Shown piece by piece: positions 55,275 to 64,000 of a stretch of DNA of 64,000 nucleotides. Source of the DNA: an uncultured Bacilli bacterium (lineage in GTDB: Bacteria > Bacillota_I > Bacilli_A > RFN20 > CAG-826); contig CALVXI010000003.1 in the NCBI GenBank assembly GCA_944368975.1, forward strand, positions 65,929 through 129,928. Reading direction: 5' to 3'. Each line of letters opens with the position of its first letter. Position 1 is the first letter of the stretch. Both the position numbers and the translations under genes were made by a program. The notes beneath the pieces were generated by a model. That model was not told the DNA's origin and made no database searches. It saw only the letters and a program-made list of their open reading frames with translations.

Positions 55275-58226
55275 ATGTTAAAGGTTTTAAGTGCTTTAGT
55301 AGTAAGTGCTGCTGTCTTATCTAGTACACCTTTATTAGATGCTAATAAGACACGAAGTGTAACTCCTACTAGTAGTGGTGAAGAAACTATTCTTTACCAA
55401 AATGATTTTAGTAACCCATTAACTGCTGATGACATTCTTTATGAAGGATTTACTGTAGAGAATGGTGTTGCGAAGAATGGAGCTAATTCAACAATAATGG
55501 TACCTACTGTTGAAAGTAATGATTATTCATTATCTTTCGACATTAAAGGTGACGGCTCAAATTTTTATGCATTTTTTGGAAATGTAGCAGGTGGTAATGA
55601 GATTAGATATGGCGTTGAAGCTCAAGGAGCTTATTATTTTACTAGAACTGAAGATTCTACTGGAATCTATGATGTCTATAATAATTCGATGCCAATTAAT
55701 GGTGGTATGATAGATACTCCTATTGATTTAGAAGGTGGAGCTCATCTTGAATTTAAGTTCATTGATGGTACTTCTGAAATTTGGGTCGATGGTACTTTAA
55801 GAGCTATTACTAATCTCGATAATTTTGGTAATTTAAGATATCAAAGAAGAAAACATTTTGATGAACAACCACTTACATATCTTCGATTTGAATGGAACGG
55901 AGGCTATGAGTTAGATAATTTTGTCTGGGAAGAAATTAATAATGATAATTCAGTTGGAATTGTCGCTGATAAAACCAATACTGTAATTAAGTCTGGCTAT
56001 TTTGGTTTACCTTGGGGTGGTGAAGTTTTAACTCATGATAATTATAAAATTGAAACTAAGTTTAAGATGAATGATGAATTATCAGGAGATACATTCCATC
56101 GTGTAGTTTTAGGTGGTTTAAATAATGATTTACACGATAAAGTAAATAATGGTGAGAACGGTGATGCAGATTCTTATCTAGATTTTGAACTTATAATGCA
56201 CGAAGATAAAACTGCTCATATTAATGTTTATTCTCATAAAGTAGATCAAATGTGGATTAACCATTTCACAGAAGGCAATTTAATTAATTTGAGTGATGCA
56301 CCTAATAATGAAATTATCTTAACTACTGAGGTCCAGGGCGAAAACGTTTTCTTATCTGTTAATGGAGAATTATTAAAATCTTGGACATTTAACGATTTAG
56401 GATTTAGTAAAGGTACATTACAATATGTAACATTGTTCCATGATAGTGACAAAAATTGTACTTTCGAAAATTCTACATTCTATGGCTATGATACTGAAGA
56501 AGGTGCTTATATTTATACACCAGAAACTGAAGTCTTTGCTGGTGAAACATTTACAATTAATAGTAGTATCTTCCCTTCAAATTATAGTGGAACATATGAA
56601 TGGTATGTAAATGATGCTGCTACAGGAGAAACCGATGATAGTTATACCTTCACTGACGCAGCTGAAGGAACATATAAAGTTCAATTAAAGAGTAGTGACT
56701 TTGAAAGTAATATATTAAACATTAACGTTGTTGGAAAAATGATAACTATTACTGCTGATAAATTAAGTGGTTATCAAACAGATACATTTGAAATTACATC
56801 AACTATATTGGGTGATTTTTCAAGTGAAGCTCCAAAATGGTATGTTGATGGTGAAGTAAGAGAAAGCGAAACTGATAAATTAGTTTTGACTAATTTAAAT
56901 CCGGGGACACATACTGTTGAATTAAAGAGTTCAGATTGTACCTCAAACGTAATTACAATTGAGATTGTTCGCCCTTCGTTAACAATTGAGAGTGACAAAA
57001 CTGGCTTCTATGTTGGTGAAACTTATGATTTTAAAGCAAACTTAGAAGGAATTAGTGGTGACGTTACTTATGAATGGTATCTCGATGGAAGTGCAACTCC
57101 AATTGAAGGTGTTACTGGTGATACATATCATTTAGATACAACAGGAATGGAAAAAGGAACAACTCACACTTTATACGTTAAAGTTGGAAATGTTGAAAGT
57201 GAAATTATTTCATTCTTTATTATCACTAATCCATTAGAAGAATTAGAACAAGAAGAAAATTGGCAATCAATTTACAATATGACCATCGAAGATGGAGTTG
57301 AATATGGTACATTTATTGGTAGAAAAGAAGGCGATAGAACTTATCTTGAAGCAAATGTTGATGGCGCTTTAGCATATAAGCCAACTGACATGAAATTCCC
57401 TTCAAGTACTACATATTCTTTGAAAATGGATGTTTGGGTTCCTGAAACAGTTGATAAACCATATTATTATTATCCAACATGGGACAATATGTTTGGAGCG
57501 GGTAAAGGTGGTGAAACTGCTGTTGAAATAGGTACTGCTGGACTAAGACCATATGTTAAAAATCAATCTAATCAAGCTTCAGCTGAAGTTAACTTAGGTA
57601 AAGATTTAACTTATGGAGCTGGAATTTCTAAAGCAGGTGATTGGAACACAATCGAATTAGTAATGTATAACAAATTTGTTGCAGCTTATATTAATGGCGA
57701 AATGGTAATGTTTACAACAATGCCAAATATTACTTATCCAAGTGGACTTACATTATGTGCTTTCCCAGATGGTGGTAGCGGAAGAGTTCCTATTAAGATT
57801 AGTAATGTTAGTGTTACCGATTTAGTTGTACCTGCTCCTGATCTTGAACAAGTAAGAGTTACAACTAGTGCTAATACAATTTCATTAGGTGAAAGTGTTA
57901 CATTTACAGCCCAATTAGTACCATTTAATGCTGAAGCTACAACGATTGAATGGTATGTTAATGATCAAAAAGTTGATGGAAGCGAAATGAGATATACATT
58001 TACTCCTGAAACAAGTGGAACATATAAAGTACATTGCGTAATTGATGGAATTACATCTAATGCTATTAATCTAACAGTCAATGATTCTAATGGCGGTGAT
58101 ACTCCAGAAAATGGTGGTCAAAATAATATTGGCTATATTATTGGTGGCGTCATTGGTGGTGTTGTTGTATTAGGTGGCATCGGAGTAGGAGTTTACTTCT
58201 ATCTTAAAAATAAAAAGAAGAAATAA
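55275..58226 (+). CDS. large surface protein with LamG/ConA-like modules and four Ig-like repeats, C-terminally TM-anchored
   Basis: RBS GGGGAAG and an SPase-I type signal peptide. Four ~90-aa repeats share (Y/I/K)(E/-)WYV(N/D)(D/G)...Y.F....GT(Y/H).V......S..I...V, for example YEWYVNDAATGE, PKWYVDGEVRES, YEWYLDGSATPI and IEWYVNDQKVDG. Jelly-roll-like regions flank them. The C-terminus is NGGDTPENGG...VIGGVVVLGGIGVGVYFYLKNKKKK. Confidence 0.7.
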   Translation: MLKVLSALVVSAAVLSSTPLLDANKTRSVTPTSSGEETILYQNDFSNPLTADDILYEGFTVENGVAKNGANSTIMVPTVESNDYSLSFDIKGDGSNFYAFFGNVAGGNEIRYGVEAQGAYYFTRTEDSTGIYDVYNNSMPINGGMIDTPIDLEGGAHLEFKFIDGTSEIWVDGTLRAITNLDNFGNLRYQRRKHFDEQPLTYLRFEWNGGYELDNFVWEEINNDNSVGIVADKTNTVIKSGYFGLPWGGEVLTHDNYKIETKFKMNDELSGDTFHRVVLGGLNNDLHDKVNNGENGDADSYLDFELIMHEDKTAHINVYSHKVDQMWINHFTEGNLINLSDAPNNEIILTTEVQGENVFLSVNGELLKSWTFNDLGFSKGTLQYVTLFHDSDKNCTFENSTFYGYDTEEGAYIYTPETEVFAGETFTINSSIFPSNYSGTYEWYVNDAATGETDDSYTFTDAAEGTYKVQLKSSDFESNILNINVVGKMITITADKLSGYQTDTFEITSTILGDFSSEAPKWYVDGEVRESETDKLVLTNLNPGTHTVELKSSDCTSNVITIEIVRPSLTIESDKTGFYVGETYDFKANLEGISGDVTYEWYLDGSATPIEGVTGDTYHLDTTGMEKGTTHTLYVKVGNVESEIISFFIITNPLEELEQEENWQSIYNMTIEDGVEYGTFIGRKEGDRTYLEANVDGALAYKPTDMKFPSSTTYSLKMDVWVPETVDKPYYYYPTWDNMFGAGKGGETAVEIGTAGLRPYVKNQSNQASAEVNLGKDLTYGAGISKAGDWNTIELVMYNKFVAAYINGEMVMFTTMPNITYPSGLTLCAFPDGGSGRVPIKISNVSVTDLVVPAPDLEQVRVTTSANTISLGESVTFTAQLVPFNAEATTIEWYVNDQKVDGSEMRYTFTPETSGTYKVHCVIDGITSNAINLTVNDSNGGDTPENGGQNNIGYIIGGVIGGVVVLGGIGVGVYFYLKNKKKK

Positions 58227-58237
58227 TAAAAAATAAT

Positions 58238-58278
58238 CGTAAATAGGGCAGTTTTTGCCCTATTTACGTACTTTTATT
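58238..58278 (+). terminator. Rho-independent terminator
   Basis: 13-bp perfect stem CGTAAATAGGGCA / TGCCCTATTTACG with a 5-nt loop, then TACTTTTATT. Confidence 0.75.
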
Positions 58279-58294
58279 ATATAGGACATAAAAT

Positions 58295-60310
58295 ATGAAA
58301 AATAATAGCAAAATCCCATTATTTTTACTATTAGTCATAACAGCCATGAGTAATACAAGTTGTAAAAATAATCCTATAAATAAGGAAGAAGAAAATAAAA
58401 TAGAATATAGCGATTTATATCAAGTTAAAAAAAATAAAACCGATGAATTAATTGATGGAAACTTATATAAAGCTAGTTATGGTTATATTGAAAATTCTAT
58501 CCAAGGATATAATCAATTTTATTATGTTGATGGTAAAGGGAGCGACCTAGTATTTAGTAAAAATAGATGGTGTTACGAAGATAGTTATATAGATAATGGT
58601 AATATGTGTTCTAAAAACAATAACTTTGTTTCTTATAAGTTTGAATGTCCTAAAGATGGAAGAGTAAAAATTAGTGGAAATCCTAAATTAATAAATGAAG
58701 GTAACGTAATTGTTGATATTTATCTAAATGAAATGATTTTAGATTCTAAAGAGGTTAAAACAACTGAAGGAATTTATCATGAAGAAATTATTGATGTGAA
58801 AAAAGGTGATTTTATATATTTCAAAATGAATAATGATGGTTTGATTTATTGGAATCCTTCAATTGAATATAATCCTGCAAATGAAGAACTATTACATTTT
58901 AGTGGTGATGGATATTTAGGTGATGTGCATCCATATTATGATGAAAGTAATAATAAATTATATATGTATTACCTTTCTACTGGATTAGAAACAATAGATA
59001 AACATCAACAATTTACATCGTTACTTTATACAAGTGATAATTTGGTAAACTATCAGAAAGTAAATATTAATAGAGATACTTTAAATCCTCCTGATCAAGA
59101 ATTATTTTATGTTTTAAATGTTTATAAAGATAAAGATGGCAAATATCGCAGTTGTTTTAGTAATAACAGCTATGTTGGTAGTAGTATTTCAGATGATTTA
59201 ATAACTTGGAGACAAGGTTCTACTCCTTATACAGACACTCATGGCAATTTAAAATATACTTATCGTGTAGATATGGATAAAGAATGCCATTTAATGCGTG
59301 ATCCGTATATTTATTATGATAAAGATAATGAAACTTATTATTGCTTAGTCAATAGCCATTATTCTAATCAAGGCGCAAATGGAACAAAATACCTTGTTCT
59401 TTATAAAGGTAATAAAGAAGGAATTTATTCAAGCGAAGGAATTGAACTATGTGAATTTACTGGTAGAGGAGATCCAGAATGTTGTCAAATAATGAAAATT
59501 AAAAACCGCTATTATTTATTTTATAGTGTTTATGGTACAGGTTCTTATGGGAATGTAGGTCGTTTTGCTTATCGTGTTAGTGATGAAGGAAAATTGCCAG
59601 AAGAAGTAGACTGGAATAATAAAGAAGAATACTTATTGGATGGCAATGATTTACATGCTCCACAAATTCTCGAAATTCATGATAAATATTATTTATATGG
59701 TTGGATAAATTATGATGCCTATAGAAATGTTTGGGGAGGATATCTAAATTTACCACATGAAGTTATTGTAAATGATGATGGCACATTAAGTGAAAGATAT
59801 GATCCACACCTTCAAACTTTATTAAATTATGGCGAAGTATTTGAGGTTTCTAATTCTAATATAGAAAATAATACCTTTAGTAATGATTATAATGGAACAT
59901 TTATTGGTAAAGGTGAAGCTTCAATACATAAGGAATTGTCTAGGAATTATATAACTTTAAATATTAGTGATTTAAAAGAAAATTCTTATAGTGGTATTAA
60001 AGTTGGTTTAAATGATTTATTTATAGGAATTGTAGATAATGAAGGTGAAATAGAGCTTGTTATTACAAGAAATATTGATAATACTAATGGATACGATAAC
60101 TCTATAAAAATTAATAAATCTAATAATTATAGCCTTAAGATATCAATTGAAAATCAATTTGTTGAAGTGTCTGTAAATGATGATTTTATGTTAACTTCAA
60201 ATACACTTTTATCACAAAGTTATAAGATGAAAATTGTTTCTAGTGGTGAAAGCAAAATAAGTGACTTAAAAATAAATAAGCTTGCAAATCTCAACAATAT
60301 TTTTGATTAA
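58295..60310 (+). CDS. GH32-family lipoprotein, paralogue of 47195-49207
   Basis: The signal peptide carries the Cys context SNTSC. The same domain order and motifs are present: GDVHPYYD, RDPYIYYD, PECCQIMKI and WGGYLNLPHE. It is collinear with 47195-49207 along its whole length. Confidence 0.8.
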   Translation: MKNNSKIPLFLLLVITAMSNTSCKNNPINKEEENKIEYSDLYQVKKNKTDELIDGNLYKASYGYIENSIQGYNQFYYVDGKGSDLVFSKNRWCYEDSYIDNGNMCSKNNNFVSYKFECPKDGRVKISGNPKLINEGNVIVDIYLNEMILDSKEVKTTEGIYHEEIIDVKKGDFIYFKMNNDGLIYWNPSIEYNPANEELLHFSGDGYLGDVHPYYDESNNKLYMYYLSTGLETIDKHQQFTSLLYTSDNLVNYQKVNINRDTLNPPDQELFYVLNVYKDKDGKYRSCFSNNSYVGSSISDDLITWRQGSTPYTDTHGNLKYTYRVDMDKECHLMRDPYIYYDKDNETYYCLVNSHYSNQGANGTKYLVLYKGNKEGIYSSEGIELCEFTGRGDPECCQIMKIKNRYYLFYSVYGTGSYGNVGRFAYRVSDEGKLPEEVDWNNKEEYLLDGNDLHAPQILEIHDKYYLYGWINYDAYRNVWGGYLNLPHEVIVNDDGTLSERYDPHLQTLLNYGEVFEVSNSNIENNTFSNDYNGTFIGKGEASIHKELSRNYITLNISDLKENSYSGIKVGLNDLFIGIVDNEGEIELVITRNIDNTNGYDNSIKINKSNNYSLKISIENQFVEVSVNDDFMLTSNTLLSQSYKMKIVSSGESKISDLKINKLANLNNIFD

Positions 60311-60331
60311 TTTATAATTTTGGAGGTTTTT

Positions 60332-61810
60332 ATGAATCTTTATTTAGGTGTTGATTTAGGAACTAGTTCAATGAAAATGCTTCTTCTTAATTCAAAAGGT
60401 GAAGTTATTAAAAAGGAACAAGAATATTATTCTGTTCATAATTTTAATGTTATATTTAATGAGCAAAACCCAAATGATTGGTTAAATGCTTTTATTAAAG
60501 GATTTAAAAAAATTACATTAGATATTAATAAAGAAGAGATTAAAGGAATATCTTTTAGTGGGCAAATGCATGGGCTAGTTATTCTGGATGAAAACGATGA
60601 AGTAATTAGACCTTGTATTTTATGGAATGATGGTAGAACAGAAGAAGAGACAAAATATTTAAATAACGAGATTGGTGAAGAATTTTTAATGGATGAAGTT
60701 GGTAACATTTGTTTTAATGGATTTACTTTACCTAAAATTTTATGGCTAAAAAAGCACGAACCAGAAAGCTTTAATAAAATTAGAAAAATAATGTTACCAA
60801 AAGATTATTTAGTATATAGACTTACATCTAATTTTGTAACTGATTACAGTGATGCAAGTGGAACATTACTTTTAGATGTTAAAAATAAAAAATGGTCTAA
60901 AAAGATGACTGAGATTGCTGGAATAAATGACACTATGTTACCAAAGCTTCATGAATCTTATGATGTCGTTGGAGAAACTAATCAAACATTTAATGAAATA
61001 TTAGGAATTAAAAAACCTATAAAAATTGTTATGGGTGGCGGCGATAATGCAATTAGTGCAATTGGAACTAACACTATAAATGTAGGCTATGCGACGATTT
61101 CTTTAGGAACAAGTGGAACAATTTTTGTTGCTAGTAATAATTTTATTAATGATAAAAGTAGAACAATACATTCTTTTGCTCATGCAAATGGCAAATATCA
61201 TCTTTTAAGTTGCATTCTTTCAGCTGCTAGTGCAAGAAGTTGGTTTTTAGAAAAAATTTTAAACACAAAAGATTATTTAAATAATGAAAAAGACATGAAA
61301 GATAATATTGTTAATAATGTTTTGTATCTTCCATATTTAAATGGCGAAAGATGTCCTTATAATAATGCTAATTTAGCTAGTGGATTTTTTAATTTAAGAA
61401 GCTCTACAAATAGGGGCGAAATGTCGATTGCCGTTTTAGAAGGGGTGACTTTTGCTTTAAAAGATTGCTTTAATAGAATTTTAGAGGACGGAATCGAAAT
61501 CAAGCATTTATCTTTGACTGGTGGCGGCAGTAAGTCTAATTTATGGTGTCAAATGATTGCTGATATCTTTGAAAAAGATATTTATAAACAAGAATTTGAA
61601 GAAGGACCAGCCTTTGGAGCTGCTATATTGGCTATGGTTGCTTTAAATGAGTATGAAAGTTGTGATGAATTTTTTAAGAAAAATAAAATAGCAGAAAAAG
61701 TATATAAGCCAAATGAAAGTCTTAAAAAATATTATGAAAATAAATACAAAAAGTATACTAAGCTATATAAAGTCGCTTTAGAAATTATTGGTATAAATAA
61801 TGAAATTTAA
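60332..61810 (+). CDS. xylB: FGGY-family carbohydrate kinase, xylulokinase-like
   Basis: RBS GGAGG, then ATG 60332 (the track uses TTG 60320). Has LGVDLGTSSMK, SFSGQMHGLVILDE..RPCILWNDGRT and GGGSKSNLWCQMIADIF, which are typical XylB/FGGY blocks. Confidence 0.75.
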   Translation: MNLYLGVDLGTSSMKMLLLNSKGEVIKKEQEYYSVHNFNVIFNEQNPNDWLNAFIKGFKKITLDINKEEIKGISFSGQMHGLVILDENDEVIRPCILWNDGRTEEETKYLNNEIGEEFLMDEVGNICFNGFTLPKILWLKKHEPESFNKIRKIMLPKDYLVYRLTSNFVTDYSDASGTLLLDVKNKKWSKKMTEIAGINDTMLPKLHESYDVVGETNQTFNEILGIKKPIKIVMGGGDNAISAIGTNTINVGYATISLGTSGTIFVASNNFINDKSRTIHSFAHANGKYHLLSCILSAASARSWFLEKILNTKDYLNNEKDMKDNIVNNVLYLPYLNGERCPYNNANLASGFFNLRSSTNRGEMSIAVLEGVTFALKDCFNRILEDGIEIKHLSLTGGGSKSNLWCQMIADIFEKDIYKQEFEEGPAFGAAILAMVALNEYESCDEFFKKNKIAEKVYKPNESLKKYYENKYKKYTKLYKVALEIIGINNEI

Positions 61811-63725
61811 AGTTTTATCTAAAATATTAAGTTTTAGTTTTTTAGCATTAGGTTCAGTTGGTATGGTGTCTTGTGATAATCATGATGTAGTGAATAAGGA
61901 TTTCGACTATGAAAGACTTTATTCAAATAAACGAGATATACCTTATGAAGTTAAAAATTATGATACGATTTTTGCAGCATATGGTTATTATTTAAATACT
62001 ACACAAGGATATAATAATTGGTACTATTTAGAGAATGAAAATGAGTTGGCTTTTGATGAAGAAAGTGACTCTTTTTCTGGCAACAATGTTACTTTTAAAG
62101 ATGGACTAATTGATTTAAAAAACAGCAATTTTAAGTATAAATATATTATTCAAAAGAAAGGCATTATCTCTTTATTTGGAAACTTAAAATTGAATAAAAT
62201 TGAAAATAAACTAATTTTAAATATTTATAAAAAAAGCGAACTTTTAAAGACTTTTTCATATAATAACATTACAAATGAGAGTTTTTATATAGAGTTAAAT
62301 GATATAAACGTAAATGAAAATGATGAAATTATCTTTGAATTTGTAGGAGAAGGAAAAATTGAATTTAATCCGGGCGTTACATATATTGATTCAATGAATT
62401 CATCTTTATATCATAAGACTTGTACTAAGCATCTTTATGGAGATGTTTTCCCTTATTATGATGAAAAAACTGAAACTTTATATAACGGTTTTTTATGGAC
62501 AGATGATGCTAGAAATGGAAAATATAATTTTGCATTAGAAAAGTCATCAAATTTATTGAAATTTAGTGATGTTCCACAAAGTACAAGCTTAGATGAATGG
62601 AATAAATATGAAAACGAATACAATTTATCAAGAATTAGAAATGTTGGTTCTTATATAGATTTAGAAAAATATAATTTATTAAGAGACAATTTTTTATATT
62701 TTGATGAAGAAAATAATCGTTATCTATTAATCGGTGGCTGTTATTACAGTTTTGATAGTTTTTCCCAAACAAGCGATCTAGTAATATATGAAAGCAATGA
62801 TGAAATTGGATTTGACTGGAATAAAAATGGAAATGTCATTTCTGGAACTTATTCAAGAAATTTGCCTGAATGTCCTTCATTAATGAAAATAGGAAATAGA
62901 TGGTATCCTTTTGTTTCAGTTGCATATATTACAGCTCATCAAGTTGGTCAATTACAATATTGGATAGGGGAAGAAAACGTCGATTGTATGGATATGAAAT
63001 ACAATAAAGATGAATATTATTATCTTGATGGTGAAGATCTTTGTGCGGCTAGAGTTACTAAAATTAAAGATAAGGTTTACATGTGGGGTTGGATTCCATC
63101 TACCTACGATACAATGCCTTGGGCTCCTTGGGGTGGATATTTAAATTTACCAAGAGAAGTTATTCAAAGAGAAGATGGAACTTTAGGTGGAAGATTAGAT
63201 CCTGGTTTAACTAATCTTTTAAATTATGGCAATGTTTATACTTTAGAAGAGGATAATTTTATAATTAAAAGTGAAAATACAACATTTGATGGTAAAAATT
63301 TAAAGGGTAATGAAAATGAAGTATTTTTATTTGATAATTGTCAAAGAGATTATGTAGAAATTGACCTAAAAAACGTCGATTCAGAATATTTTGGACTTAA
63401 ATTTTCAAACGGTGATGATGTTTATTTATTAAAAATTTATCATGATGGAGATAAGCAATATATGAGTGTTGAAAGCCCAAATGACCAAAAACATAAAATA
63501 AATTCTTTTTTAGAAATTGATAAAAAAATAAATACATTTAAAATAAAGATAGTACATGATGGTTCATTTTTTGAATTTTTCATTAATGATGAGTACGCTC
63601 TAACAGCAAATACAGCAATGAAAAGCGATCAAAAATATGATTTATCGTTATTTTCGTCAAATGAGTTAATTATTGATAATTTAAAAGTTAATAAATTAAT
63701 TCCTTATGATGCAATAGAAGGGTAG
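61800..63725 (+). CDS. GH32-family lipoprotein, more divergent third paralogue
   Basis: Lipobox GMVSC. Motifs are GDVFPYYD, LRDNFLYFD (RDN in place of RDP), PECPSLMKI and WGGYLNLPRE. The same N-terminal domain motif is present (AAYGYYLNTTQGYNNWYY). It overlaps the xylB 3' end by 11 nt. Confidence 0.7.
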   Translation: MKFKVLSKILSFSFLALGSVGMVSCDNHDVVNKDFDYERLYSNKRDIPYEVKNYDTIFAAYGYYLNTTQGYNNWYYLENENELAFDEESDSFSGNNVTFKDGLIDLKNSNFKYKYIIQKKGIISLFGNLKLNKIENKLILNIYKKSELLKTFSYNNITNESFYIELNDINVNENDEIIFEFVGEGKIEFNPGVTYIDSMNSSLYHKTCTKHLYGDVFPYYDEKTETLYNGFLWTDDARNGKYNFALEKSSNLLKFSDVPQSTSLDEWNKYENEYNLSRIRNVGSYIDLEKYNLLRDNFLYFDEENNRYLLIGGCYYSFDSFSQTSDLVIYESNDEIGFDWNKNGNVISGTYSRNLPECPSLMKIGNRWYPFVSVAYITAHQVGQLQYWIGEENVDCMDMKYNKDEYYYLDGEDLCAARVTKIKDKVYMWGWIPSTYDTMPWAPWGGYLNLPREVIQREDGTLGGRLDPGLTNLLNYGNVYTLEEDNFIIKSENTTFDGKNLKGNENEVFLFDNCQRDYVEIDLKNVDSEYFGLKFSNGDDVYLLKIYHDGDKQYMSVESPNDQKHKINSFLEIDKKINTFKIKIVHDGSFFEFFINDEYALTANTAMKSDQKYDLSLFSSNELIIDNLKVNKLIPYDAIEG

Positions 63726-63736
63726 GTGTTTACTAT

Positions 63737-64000
63737 ATGATTTCAATTAAAGATGTAGCGAATCATGCTGGAGTAAGTATTGCAACTGCATCAAGAGCTT
63801 TAAATGGAAATGGTTATTGCAGTGAAAAAAATAAAAAGAAAATATTAGCTGCAGCAAAAGAACTTGATTATATACCAAATCAATATGGTAAAGCACTTAA
63901 AGATAGTGAAAATAATGTTGTGGGAATAATTATTAGTGATACAAGCAATGAGTATTATTGGACAATGATTTCCCTACTTGAAGATTATCTTAAAAAAATA
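63737..64000 (+). CDS. LacI-family transcriptional regulator (5' part; runs off the window end)
   Basis: The N-terminal HTH is MISIKDVANHAGVSIATASRALNG, followed by AAAKELDYIPNQYGKAL and VVGIIISD. This is the canonical LacI/PurR start. It is absent from the ORF track because no stop codon lies within the window. Confidence 0.85.
   Translation, partial: MISIKDVANHAGVSIATASRALNGNGYCSEKNKKKILAAAKELDYIPNQYGKALKDSENNVVGIIISDTSNEYYWTMISLLEDYLKKI

Noticed and set aside
22253-58226. LPXTG or other known cell-wall sorting motifs at the C-termini of the S8 protease and the 983-aa surface protein.
   Set aside because: Neither tail contains LPXTG or a related pentapeptide. Both instead carry the GGD..P plus Gly-rich TM plus poly-K signal reported as a finding.
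1-64000. Search for CRISPR arrays, rRNA or tRNA genes, transposases, integrases and phage structural genes.
   Set aside because: I saw no regularly spaced direct repeats, no tRNA-like or rRNA-like segments, and no ORF with recombinase or transposase motifs. The AbiE cassette therefore cannot be called a mobile element on present evidence.

Overview
Visibly AT-rich bacterial window. It uses the standard code: TGA terminates well-supported genes, for example at 18475-18477 and 42475-42477. Genes are almost all on the + strand and densely packed. There are 14 predicted lipoproteins, no LPXTG signals, and surface proteins held by C-terminal TM anchors. This suggests a wall-less or Mollicutes-like Bacillota lineage such as the Acholeplasma/Anaeroplasma-like groups, but that is inference only.

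The window has four blocks:

1. 1-9.3 kb: an orphan protein, an esterase, a lipoprotein, and a cluster of a secreted membrane-inserting protein plus paralogous polytopic membrane proteins, including a gene remnant.
2. 9.4-36.8 kb: a surface proteolysis and peptide-uptake island. It holds an M6 metalloprotease lipoprotein, six consecutive lipoproteins (tandem beta-sandwich repeat protein, a two-lobed paralogue family, a BspA-type LRR protein), a 1300-aa S8 cell-envelope protease, and an oppABCDF operon. OppC, OppD and OppF carry very large insertions.
3. 37-44 kb: pyruvate:ferredoxin oxidoreductase, a start-less or frameshifted ORF, an AbiEi/AbiEii type IV toxin-antitoxin cassette flanked by about 47-nt direct repeats, and GrpB.
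4. 44-64 kb: a fructan-utilisation-like locus. It has five GH32-family genes (three are lipoproteins with an unknown N-terminal domain), an Opp/Dpp-family (SBP family 5) ABC transporter, a 983-aa LamG/Ig-repeat surface protein, an FGGY kinase and a LacI regulator. A perfect 18-bp cre/LacI-type palindrome lies in this locus.

I found no rRNA, tRNA, CRISPR array, transposase or integrase.
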